DNA of 64,000 nucleotides from Candidatus Thiovulum imperiosus (GTDB lineage Bacteria; Campylobacterota; Campylobacteria; Campylobacterales; Thiovulaceae): NCBI GenBank assembly GCA_024281175.1, contig JAMJTW010000031.1, positions 20,100 to 84,099 of the forward strand, read 5' to 3'. Shown piece by piece: positions 1 to 8,691 of this stretch (position 1 is its first letter; each line of letters starts with the position of its first letter). The notes under the pieces were generated by a model. It saw only the letters and a program-made list of their open reading frames with translations, ran no database searches and was not told where the DNA came from. The position numbers and the translations under genes were made by a program.

Positions 1-254
1 CCAGATATTAAAGTAACTGATTTGTTTATATCTATACCATTAATAGGAGAAATAGAGTTGTTTCTCTCAATGATGTAAATAGGTGTTCTAATTTTAGAAA
101 GACCACTGTGAGTATCATCTATTTTTATTACTTTTCTCTCATTACCAATATCTTCAATTTTTACTTCTAAGCCAAATATATAATCTGGGGCACAACAGTC
201 ATTACACCCTCCTAAAAAGAGGAGGATAAAAGAAATAGATAAAAAAATATTCAT
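1..254 (-). CDS. Cys-rich lipoprotein, N-terminal part of a tandem paralog of the next gene (rest of the gene lies outside the window)
   Basis: nt 1-254 align to nt 1048-1310 with about 10 substitutions plus a 3-nt and a 6-nt in-frame indel (hand count). ATG at 252-254. Translation MNIFLSISFILLFLGGCNDCCAPDY has a signal peptide and lipobox. Confidence 0.6.
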   Translation of the reverse strand, partial: MNIFLSISFILLFLGGCNDCCAPDYIFGLEVKIEDIGNERKVIKIDDTHSGLSKIRTPIYIIERNNSISPINGIDINKSVTLIS

Positions 255-263
255 AACTTTACT

Positions 264-1310
264 TTAAAAATAGATTTTTTCACTAAGAGTTGGTTCTGTT
301 GAATTTATGTCACCATCATAAAATTCGTAAGTAAAATAGTTTGCTTTATGACTTCGATAAACTACATACATGTCATTTTCACTAAAGTAGGTTTTTGGAA
401 ATCTATCATAAGGTTTTTTACTCAATTCATGAGTTATCTCTTTATAGAGTTTATGACCTGTAAAAATTTTATCAAATTCAATAAGCTCTACTTTGTCATC
501 AACCATAAAAAATACTTTAGGGTTTTGTCTAAAATCAACTAAACTCTCCTGACCCCATGTATTTTTCCTAGCACTAGAATATGCTTGTGTTTTTCGCAAA
601 AAACGAAAAATTCTGCCATCTGTAAAATAAACTTGTTGCCAATCATGTGAATAACGATCTGAAAAAAGAGTTTTTTCCCAAATTTCATCTTCTATATATC
701 TAAACCAAATTGAGTAATAATTGCCAAGATAACATAAAATATCTTTTTTATTCCACTCTTTTGGATTATCTATGAAAGGAATACATGAGTGTATATTACC
801 TATTCTTTTAGAAATATTGAATTCATTATCAACTTCCTCTCTTGTAGGTAGTAAATACTCTTTCTCTTCTCCATTTTCAATATTAGTATATACGTAGAGA
901 TTGCCGTATTTTAATATATATTCATTAATATTTATTTGTAACTCTTTATCAAAATTTCTGGAAGAGTAAAAATTTTTAGAGTTTGTATCTAAATCAACTT
1001 CATAAATAGAGCCATCTGTATAAATGTAAAATTTATTTTCATCACTTCCAGATATTAAAGTAACTGATTTGTTTATATCTATACCGTTAATAGGAGAAAT
1101 AGAGTTGTTCCTCTCAATGATGTAAATAGGTGTTCTAATTTTAGAAAGGCTATTTTGAGTATCATCTATTTTTATTACTTTTCTCCCATCACCAATATCT
1201 TCAATTTTTACACCTTCTAAGCCAAATATATAATCTGGGGCACAACAGTCATTGCATCCTCCTAAAAAGAGGAGGATAAAAGAAAAAGAAATAGATAAAA
1301 AAATATTCAT
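264..1310 (-). CDS. Cys-rich lipoprotein of unknown function
   Basis: 348-aa ORF with signal peptide and lipobox (LFLGGC) followed by CNDCCAPDY. I recognise no family. Has a tandem paralog upstream. Confidence 0.7.
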   Translation of the reverse strand: MNIFLSISFSFILLFLGGCNDCCAPDYIFGLEGVKIEDIGDGRKVIKIDDTQNSLSKIRTPIYIIERNNSISPINGIDINKSVTLISGSDENKFYIYTDGSIYEVDLDTNSKNFYSSRNFDKELQININEYILKYGNLYVYTNIENGEEKEYLLPTREEVDNEFNISKRIGNIHSCIPFIDNPKEWNKKDILCYLGNYYSIWFRYIEDEIWEKTLFSDRYSHDWQQVYFTDGRIFRFLRKTQAYSSARKNTWGQESLVDFRQNPKVFFMVDDKVELIEFDKIFTGHKLYKEITHELSKKPYDRFPKTYFSENDMYVVYRSHKANYFTYEFYDGDINSTEPTLSEKIYF

Positions 1311-1312
1311 AA

Positions 1313-3928
1313 CTATTTCTTAATAAAAGTAATTGAGCCAATACCAAAGTATTGAGATAACATGTCAAACCTAAAGTAAGTTTTATATTGCCAAGTAGTA
1401 TCAGTATATAAATATCGTTTTGTTAATAGAGGAAGTCTTAAGCAAGGAATTAAACTCTTTTTTACATACCCTATTACAGGCATTCCATGCTCATTAAAAA
1501 CTTCATCTCTCATGTACTCAATAGAGTAATTCCTTATATAAGTAAGTATGACTGGATTGTTTGACCTAATATAGCTTTCAACCAGACGACCAGTACTTTC
1601 TATATTTAGATGAGAGTAGTACATTTTTATATATGCAACTGGACTTTTACTTACACCATATCTTTTAAATGATTTTTTAATGGCATTTGTAACTCTTCCT
1701 GATATAAAATCGAAAAAATCTGTTCCATCAACTTTGTCAGTACCCATTTCATCATACATATACTCTGCAAGAGCAATAGGATTTGTTCCTTCTCCAAAAA
1801 CTGGGTTATCTCTAGTGATATTGGTATCATTGCCATCACTATCAACATACAAAGAAGTTTTTCCTTGAATAATTCTATTGTGATACTCTGTAATCATAGT
1901 TGCAGAAACAGGAACACAGCCCTCTCCTTTTGGATTACCCAATTGAATTTCATCTGTCCATCTATCATCATTTCTATTAAAACTAACACCTTGAATAGTT
2001 TTCTTTATAGTATCTTGACAGCCATAAAGCCATAAATCATTTAGATAGTTAGAAACTCCTATAGTTGAACTCCAGCCACCAGTAGAGATAGAAAGAGCTG
2101 TATCAACAATAGTAGCTTCATCACCATTTAATATACCATTAATTCTCTCTTCACCACTATCTTTGATTTCATCAATAGCACCAGTTCCGTTTGTTACAAT
2201 AGCTTCAGCAGACTCAACAGGATTTACAGCTATTTCAAAAGTGACATATACTCCATTTTCAAATTCTTCCCCAAGTTTTTCAGCTCCATTTTCAACTTCT
2301 TCTCTACCACTTACAAAAACTTCTTCAATATCGCCTCCAACAACTTTGGAAACACCTTGTTCTATCTTATTCCACATACCTCTGGTTCTAGTAGTTTGAT
2401 TAGTTTCAGGAATTAGCAAATATTTTGTAGTATTGAGTTCTTGATGTCCAAACTTCATCGTTTGATAGTAAGCCCACTCTTTAAGAATTTCATTTTGGAT
2501 ATCTTCTAAACTCACCTCATCAACATTTTCTGAAAAGTTTAAATCTTCTAATGGAATGATATTATCCTCAATACTATATTCAACTATCTCTTCCTCTAAC
2601 TTTTCAGATAACATCTCTTCAAGAACTTTCTCTCTCATTTCTGCTGTAAGTTCTAATTTGGAAAGATTTGTATCAATTGGTGGATTTGAGATTGAAAAGA
2701 CTAGATAAGTTCCTAAATTGTTACCACTTTCATCTTCAAATGTATGATAAAGATTTAAAGGAGCAATATCAAGACTTTCAGTAATTCGAACACCTTTGTG
2801 TCCCAAATCTTTGAGTTTCTTAAAAACTTTTAGAGTATTCTCATAATATGGAAGTAAGCCCTCATTTACTACAAGTTCAGCTCCATAATTTAGATTTGCT
2901 CCATAAACATGAGTCTCAAACTCAAAGATATTTGTTAGATTGTTTTCCAGCAGTTTATAAAAATTTAAACTATCAAGAACAACACCATTTTTAGAGAATG
3001 TAAAAAGCATGATGCTATTTTGTCCATTAAGATTTTTAAATAGTTGTGAGTCAGCTATCCTCATATCCCTACTGTTTTCATTTTGAGACTCAAATATTGA
3101 GGCTTTGTAAATATTGTCCAAGAAGTTTATTCTATTGTTTTCTCCATAAAGCTTCACATTTTTATCAATTTCAATATTACCAGTAACTTCAACATCTCCA
3201 TTTGCAATAAAATTCCCACTTCCAAAAACTCTACCAACAACTTGTAGTTTATCAACTTCAATATCCGAGTCTACAATTAAGCCTTTGTTGAATGGGAGTT
3301 TATTATCTATGTTCAAATCTCCTTTTACTTTCAAATCTCCTTCAACCATCAATAGACCATAAATATTTGTAATATTTGAGTCAATAACTAGTGATGTCTC
3401 TATTTTCAGGGAAACTCCGAAATTTAACTCATCTCCTGAAATAGTCCAAACTCCATTTTCAAAGTTTGCAAACCCAATTTCTACTTTTTCTCCTCGATAC
3501 TTCACAAAACCGTCATTTCCAAAAGTATAGAAATCATCAAGTTTTGAGATGTTTAAAAACTCTTCAACTTTTAAAGCTCTAACTTTTGAGTATCCACTTG
3601 ACTTCTCATAAGAGAATGAGCGAAGTACAGATGATGGATTTAAGCCATTTAAAGTTGTTATCTGTCCAGAGACATCTAAACTTCTTGTATTTGCACTAAT
3701 TTTTCCATTTGAGTGAACATCTGCAAGTGGACCATCTGTAATAAGATTTCCTGAAACCTCAATATTTCCACTAGAAATAAGAGCATATTCCCTAAAAGAT
3801 GACGGCTCATTTTCTGCATAGTGATTAGAAGAGTTTCTCTTTAGATACTCCTTTTCTTGGGAGCTTTCTGTTCCACACCCAGAAAAGAAAAGAAGTGCTG
3901 AGAGATATAGTATAACTTGAAAAAACAA
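1313..3928 (-). CDS. Large lipoprotein with a beta-helix-like N-terminal region and a C-terminal streptopain-like (peptidase C10) cysteine protease domain
   Basis: 871-aa ORF with TTG start preceded by GGAGGA and lipobox LFFSGC. C-terminal GEGCVPVSATMITEYHN resembles the SpeB active-site block GCVATATAQIMKYHN. A later NNPVILTY...NEHGMPVIGY resembles the SpeB His block. The N-terminal half has bactofilin-like G-x-I/V repeats. Confidence 0.6.
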   Translation of the reverse strand: MFFQVILYLSALLFFSGCGTESSQEKEYLKRNSSNHYAENEPSSFREYALISSGNIEVSGNLITDGPLADVHSNGKISANTRSLDVSGQITTLNGLNPSSVLRSFSYEKSSGYSKVRALKVEEFLNISKLDDFYTFGNDGFVKYRGEKVEIGFANFENGVWTISGDELNFGVSLKIETSLVIDSNITNIYGLLMVEGDLKVKGDLNIDNKLPFNKGLIVDSDIEVDKLQVVGRVFGSGNFIANGDVEVTGNIEIDKNVKLYGENNRINFLDNIYKASIFESQNENSRDMRIADSQLFKNLNGQNSIMLFTFSKNGVVLDSLNFYKLLENNLTNIFEFETHVYGANLNYGAELVVNEGLLPYYENTLKVFKKLKDLGHKGVRITESLDIAPLNLYHTFEDESGNNLGTYLVFSISNPPIDTNLSKLELTAEMREKVLEEMLSEKLEEEIVEYSIEDNIIPLEDLNFSENVDEVSLEDIQNEILKEWAYYQTMKFGHQELNTTKYLLIPETNQTTRTRGMWNKIEQGVSKVVGGDIEEVFVSGREEVENGAEKLGEEFENGVYVTFEIAVNPVESAEAIVTNGTGAIDEIKDSGEERINGILNGDEATIVDTALSISTGGWSSTIGVSNYLNDLWLYGCQDTIKKTIQGVSFNRNDDRWTDEIQLGNPKGEGCVPVSATMITEYHNRIIQGKTSLYVDSDGNDTNITRDNPVFGEGTNPIALAEYMYDEMGTDKVDGTDFFDFISGRVTNAIKKSFKRYGVSKSPVAYIKMYYSHLNIESTGRLVESYIRSNNPVILTYIRNYSIEYMRDEVFNEHGMPVIGYVKKSLIPCLRLPLLTKRYLYTDTTWQYKTYFRFDMLSQYFGIGSITFIKK

Positions 3929-4123
3929 AATTTCCTCCTAACTTATTTTTGAAATTATATATATATACATCTTTATATTATCTTAAATAACACTTTAAAA
4001 CCACTAAGTCTAAAACATAAAAAAACAATGGTACAAATAACATTATATGTTTTAAACTCTATTTAGTCTGAGAAATTTAATAAAAGAGTTTCTGCTAAAA
4101 TTGTTAAAAAGATATAGAAACTT

Positions 4124-5647
4124 ATGATTGAAATTCCACAATTGGGAGATGAGGTAGAACTCTCTCCATCTTTTCCCGAAGAAGTAGATATTTCCAGTTC
4201 CATTGATTATGGTGTTCTCTTTGGAGAAGATAGTAATGGAAATCGATATGCAATTTTAGATAGAAATCGAATTGGAGAGGCGATAAATTTTGTAACAAAA
4301 TTAGAAGAGCCTTATCCTGTATATCTACTTCCAGAAAGAGCTTTTGAAAACCTATTTCACCGCTCTCTTGAACTTAAAAACGATGCTGATTTAAGAGCAA
4401 CTTCCGTAGCTGAAACTGAAGAGGAAGATGATGAAGATTTAAATCTTGCTGAATTTCTGAAAAACACTTCTGATATTCTAACTTCTGAAGAGTCAGCACC
4501 AATTATTAAATTTGTAAATGCTCTTTTTTATCAAGCTGTAAAGCGAGGTTCTTCTGATATCCATATCGAAACTCATGAACATAAAGGGGAAGTGAGATTT
4601 AGGATTGATGGAGCTTTAATTAAATATATTGAAGTTGAGTCTAAAATCATCGGACTTATCATAAGTCGTATAAAAGTAATTTCAAATCTTGATATTTCTG
4701 AAAAGCGAATTCCTCAAGATGGTCGAACTCAAATTAAAATTGCTGGAGATGTAGTAGATATAAGAGTTTCTGTTTTACCCTCTTACCACGGTGAAAGAGT
4801 TGTTATGAGGATTTTGATGCAGTCTGAAACAATTCCAACTCTTGAAGAACTCGGCTTTTCCGATGAAATGACAGAGCAGTTTCGACAACTATTAAAATTT
4901 TCTCATGGAATGATACTTATTACAGGTCCAACAGGTTCTGGAAAATCGACAACTCTTCACGCTTTTCTTCAAAGTATTGCTACGCCTGAAAAGAATATTA
5001 TGACTGTTGAAGACCCAGTTGAGTATAAAGCTGAAAATGTGAGCCAGATACAGGCGAACGCTAAAGTTGGTCTTACATTCGCTTCTGCACTCCGTTCAAT
5101 TCTGAGACAAGACCCTGATATTGTCATGGTTGGGGAGATGAGAGATAAAGAGACGGCGACAATTGGAATTCAAGCAGCCTTAACTGGACACCTTCTCCTT
5201 TCGACTCTTCACACAAATACGGCAACTGCTGCAATTACAAGGCTAATAGATATAGGTATAGACAAATTCCTAATTACTTCTACCCTTCGAGGAGTTTTAG
5301 CTCAGAGACTTGTTCGAAAACTGTGTAACCACTGTAAGGTTGAAGACCGAATTTCAGAGATGTATGCAACAGAGTATGGTCTTCCAGAAAATGCTGAAAT
5401 CTATAAAGCAAAAGGGTGTTCTCACTGTAACTATACTGGATATAGCGGAAGACAAGCAGTTGGAGAACTCTTTATGATGAATGATAGAGCAAAAGAGTTA
5501 ATTAAAGATAGTGCTTCAGATTTTGAACTTCGAAGAGAGATGAGAAAAGAGGGTCTTGTTACTCTTGGAGATGGTCTTGTGGATATGTTGCTAAATCACG
5601 ATACAAGTCTTGATGAAATCATAAGAATTGGTTTAAAAGAGGCATAA
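4124..5647 (+). CDS. GspE/PilB-family type II secretion / type IV pilus / competence ATPase
   Basis: Walker A GPTGSGKSTT, Asp box IVMVGEMRD, His box LLLSTLHTN, and C-terminal tetra-Cys motif (CNHC...CSHC). Confidence 0.9.
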   Translation: MIEIPQLGDEVELSPSFPEEVDISSSIDYGVLFGEDSNGNRYAILDRNRIGEAINFVTKLEEPYPVYLLPERAFENLFHRSLELKNDADLRATSVAETEEEDDEDLNLAEFLKNTSDILTSEESAPIIKFVNALFYQAVKRGSSDIHIETHEHKGEVRFRIDGALIKYIEVESKIIGLIISRIKVISNLDISEKRIPQDGRTQIKIAGDVVDIRVSVLPSYHGERVVMRILMQSETIPTLEELGFSDEMTEQFRQLLKFSHGMILITGPTGSGKSTTLHAFLQSIATPEKNIMTVEDPVEYKAENVSQIQANAKVGLTFASALRSILRQDPDIVMVGEMRDKETATIGIQAALTGHLLLSTLHTNTATAAITRLIDIGIDKFLITSTLRGVLAQRLVRKLCNHCKVEDRISEMYATEYGLPENAEIYKAKGCSHCNYTGYSGRQAVGELFMMNDRAKELIKDSASDFELRREMRKEGLVTLGDGLVDMLLNHDTSLDEIIRIGLKEA

Positions 5648-5665
5648 AACTTTAATATGCTCATG

Positions 5666-5690
5666 TCGAAATGACTTTTTGTCATTTCGA
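5666..5690. terminator. Perfect 10-bp-stem palindrome between convergent genes; candidate bidirectional terminator built from the repeat-family core
   Basis: TCGAAATGAC-TTTTT-GTCATTTCGA lies between the gspE-like stop (5647) and the ubiX stop (5702). It shares the GTCATTTCGA box with the interspersed repeats. Confidence 0.5.
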
Positions 5691-5701
5691 ATTAAGAAAC
5701 T

Positions 5702-6217
5702 CTATTCCCATCTTTGATAAAGAGAGTTTTCAATACCTAAAATATCGAACCACTTTCCAATTAGGAAATTTTCCATCTCTTCGAGCTTCTCTACACCAGA
5801 GTAGTAACCTAAAATTGGAGGAGCAATTGTCACTCCAATTCTTGATAGTTTTAGCATATTTTCCAGATGAATTGGAGATAGTGGAAGTTCTCTTGGAGCA
5901 AGAAGAAGTTGTCTATTCTCTTTTATCATAACTGATGCTGTTCGAGTTGTGAGGTTGTCAGCAATACCAACAGAGATTTTTGCAAGAGTGTTCATTGAAC
6001 ATGGAATAACAACCATTGCGTCAAATTTTGAAGAGCCTGAAGAGGGAGGTGCTTCGATTTGATGCTCTTTAAAAACCTTTCCCTCCTCTTTCTCCATAAC
6101 AACTTTAGCACTGTCACTTACAATCATATATTTTTCAACCTCATCAGGCAAAAGTTCCCAAAATCTTAAACCTAATTTATAACCACTTGCACCAGTTATT
6201 GAAACTACTATTTTCAT
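5702..6217 (-). CDS. ubiX: UbiX-family flavin prenyltransferase
   Basis: MKIVVSITGASG N-terminus, the PCSMNTLAKI motif and overall length fit UbiX/Pad1. Confidence 0.9.
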   Translation of the reverse strand: MKIVVSITGASGYKLGLRFWELLPDEVEKYMIVSDSAKVVMEKEEGKVFKEHQIEAPPSSGSSKFDAMVVIPCSMNTLAKISVGIADNLTTRTASVMIKENRQLLLAPRELPLSPIHLENMLKLSRIGVTIAPPILGYYSGVEKLEEMENFLIGKWFDILGIENSLYQRWE

Positions 6218-7749
6218 TTTAATTCAGGAATGATGATATTTTTCCCCCTCTTTTTTGCTATACGCATCATTTTATGAGCTCTATCTAAAACACCACCAAA
6301 AGTTGTATTGCTACCTCTATCAGCAACACCTGCACTAAATGAGATAGAGACTCGCTCTTCTTTATATAAGAATTTTGTGTGTTGAACTTTTCCTTGAAAG
6401 TGTTGAGCAAATTGGATAGCTGTTGTCAAATCTCTTTTTGGTAGAGAGATAACAAACTCATCTTCTCCAACTCTAGCAGTTGAGTCTCCAACAGAGATGT
6501 AGCTTTTCAAGATTTTAGAGAAGTATCTTAGAACCAAATCACCAGCATCATCACCATATTTTGAGCATACATCTTTAAAGTTGTCGATATCAATTACAAT
6601 AACTGCAAAGTTCTCATTTTTTGATTGAAATCTCTTTTCTAAATCTTGTAAATCATTTTTTAAACTAACCTCATTTCCAAGTCCAGTAAGAGTATCAACA
6701 TCATTTTTTTTTCGACTCTCTATAAGCTCGTTTACAGCTTTATCTATCTCTTTTTTAGCATTTTGAACAGCCTCTTTATATTTCTGGAAAGAGCCAAATA
6801 GTGATGAGGTCTTCTTTTTCACATTTTCAAGTTTTCCAGTAATTGAAGAGAGAAGTGAATTACTATTTGCACTACTCTCTTTTACATCTTTAATAACATC
6901 TTCAATTCCTTTTGATGGATTTGTAGATGAGTTCTTATCGCTATTTACACCTTCAGAGAGTTTATCAACTATTTTTCCAACTTTTCCAACAGAATTTCTC
7001 TCCTCACTTCTATCCAACTCTATTCTTCGAGTTTGAAGGAAAGATACCCTTTTCTGAACATCTGGATTGTAAATTCTTTTCGGTTCTGCTCTCAACTCTT
7101 TATAAAGTTTTTGAGTCTCATCATCACTTTTGGAGAGAGATGGTGTTGCTCCTTGAACAAGAAGTTCTGCAAGTCTTCTGCTATCACCAGCCTCTTTCCC
7201 TTTTTCCAAAATTGGAACTATCTTCTCAACTATTGAGTCTAAATCATCATCTACTGTTATCTCAACAAATCTTCCCAATGTATCTCTTGTTGCTCTCCAC
7301 TGTCGAGAAGATGAGAGCCTTGCCCACTCTTTTCTAAAATCATTCAAATTTTCAGAAGTGTGTCCTCGAAAAAGTAGAGCTTCTGTTCTACCAGAAAGAA
7401 GATGAATATCCTTATTATCAATTAATGCTGTTGTTTTAACTATGGCTTGAGTAAGTTCTAGCAGAGCCATATGTCTATTTCCCAAATGGTTCTGGTTCAT
7501 TCGATTTAGTGCTGAAGTTAAATAACTTAAAAATTGAGGTATTGTCTTCATATTGTATCTGCTAACTTCATTCTGAAATTCAACATCTAACTTCTCAATA
7601 TACTCTCTGATGATATTGCAATCTTGAACTGCAACCCCACTTATTCTAGCTTCGGTGCAAAATTTATCATAAAAAACAAGCGGAGTAATACTCTGTCCAT
7701 TTTGAGAAATCTTCTGAATTGCCTTTCTTGTTAATTCTGAAATGCTCAA
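6214..7749 (-). CDS. GGDEF-domain protein with degenerate active site and a long coiled-coil-like N-terminal region
   Basis: C-terminal DTLTGLGN...IDIDNFK...ARVGEDEF...SAGVA pattern of a GGDEF domain. The signature reads GEDEF. Overlaps ubiX by 4 nt. Confidence 0.85.
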   Translation of the reverse strand: MSISELTRKAIQKISQNGQSITPLVFYDKFCTEARISGVAVQDCNIIREYIEKLDVEFQNEVSRYNMKTIPQFLSYLTSALNRMNQNHLGNRHMALLELTQAIVKTTALIDNKDIHLLSGRTEALLFRGHTSENLNDFRKEWARLSSSRQWRATRDTLGRFVEITVDDDLDSIVEKIVPILEKGKEAGDSRRLAELLVQGATPSLSKSDDETQKLYKELRAEPKRIYNPDVQKRVSFLQTRRIELDRSEERNSVGKVGKIVDKLSEGVNSDKNSSTNPSKGIEDVIKDVKESSANSNSLLSSITGKLENVKKKTSSLFGSFQKYKEAVQNAKKEIDKAVNELIESRKKNDVDTLTGLGNEVSLKNDLQDLEKRFQSKNENFAVIVIDIDNFKDVCSKYGDDAGDLVLRYFSKILKSYISVGDSTARVGEDEFVISLPKRDLTTAIQFAQHFQGKVQHTKFLYKEERVSISFSAGVADRGSNTTFGGVLDRAHKMMRIAKKRGKNIIIPELK

Positions 7750-7883
7750 CTTCTCACCTCCTAATTGTAAATTGAGAAATAATAACAGAAAAGCTACTCA
7801 GTAAGTTACAATTTCACTCAAATAGCTTTTTGCTGATATAGTGAAAAAGACTTCTCGACTTCTACAAATAAGGAACTTTTAAA

Positions 7884-8648
7884 ATGGATTACTTCTCACT
7901 TTTCAATAGCGAATCAGTTATTGTTTTTCTGCTTCTTTTTGTAAGAATCTCATTTCTTTTCGCTTTTCTGCCATTTTTTAGCAATATGTCAATTCCAGCA
8001 ACTCTCAAATCAGCTCTTGCACTCTATCTAACATTTATATTCTATTTTTATGTTCCAATTCCAGAGATTCCAAATAACTGGTGGGGAATCGCAGTAGCAA
8101 TTCTTTCAGAAATGATTTTCTCTCTATTAGTTGGTCTAATTTTAAATATTACAATACATATATTTACTTATGCTGGAGAACATATCTCTTTGATGATGGG
8201 ATTTTCAATGGCAACAGTTTTTGATTACCAGACATCTATATCGATGCCGATGCTAAGCCAATTCTTTGGATTTTTAGCACTTTTAATGATACTCTCATTT
8301 GATGGTCATCACATGATGTTGCTCTTTTTTCATAAATCTCTAACAGCAGTTCCACTTGGTGGATTTATAATGGCAGAAGGAGTTTTTGACTATATCACTG
8401 AGGCTTTTAAACATCTTTTTGTTATGGGACTTACCGTAGCTTTTCCAATTTTAGCACTATCACTTTTAGGTGATATTATTTTTGGAATGTTAATGAAAAC
8501 AATGCCTCAATTCAACTTACTTGTAATTGGATATCCAATAAAAATTGCCGTAGGTTTTATTGTTCTAATTGCTGTTTTAGGTTCAATGATGCTTATTTTC
8601 AAAAAAGAGTTTGTTGATGCGTTTAATGATTTACAAATGTTCTTATAA
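7884..8648 (+). CDS. fliR: Flagellar biosynthesis protein FliR
   Basis: 254-aa polytopic membrane protein. The N-terminus (VFLLLFVRISFLFAFLPFFS) and length are typical of FliR. Confidence 0.9.
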   Translation: MDYFSLFNSESVIVFLLLFVRISFLFAFLPFFSNMSIPATLKSALALYLTFIFYFYVPIPEIPNNWWGIAVAILSEMIFSLLVGLILNITIHIFTYAGEHISLMMGFSMATVFDYQTSISMPMLSQFFGFLALLMILSFDGHHMMLLFFHKSLTAVPLGGFIMAEGVFDYITEAFKHLFVMGLTVAFPILALSLLGDIIFGMLMKTMPQFNLLVIGYPIKIAVGFIVLIAVLGSMMLIFKKEFVDAFNDLQMFL

Positions 8649-8653
8649 ATTTT

Positions 8654-8679
8654 GGAAGCAGAACTAAACTTCTGTTTCC
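8654..8679. terminator. Hairpin between convergent fliR and sulP-type genes
   Basis: GGAAGCAGAA-CTAAAC-TTCTGTTTCC forms a 10-bp stem with one G-U pair. It lies directly after the fliR stop and is followed by an A/T-rich run. Confidence 0.5.
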
Positions 8680-8691
8680 AAATTTCGAATT

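Noticed and set aside
5671-5931. 86-aa plus-strand ORF
   Set aside because: It starts inside the terminator palindrome and runs antisense to the well-supported ubiX gene.
6927-7337. Antisense ORFs inside long genes. These include 6927..7337 and 7033..7236 in the GGDEF gene, 9056..9400 and 9173..9409 in the SulP gene, 32559..32999 in the acetyl-CoA synthetase-family gene, and 34629..35021 in the Fe-ADH gene. They also include 44672..44986 and 45047..45367 in nnr, 51036..51749 in the ABC-F gene, and 31184..31790 in the caspase-like gene.
   Set aside because: Each lies fully within a gene with strong family motifs on the opposite strand. None has an RBS or a recognisable domain.
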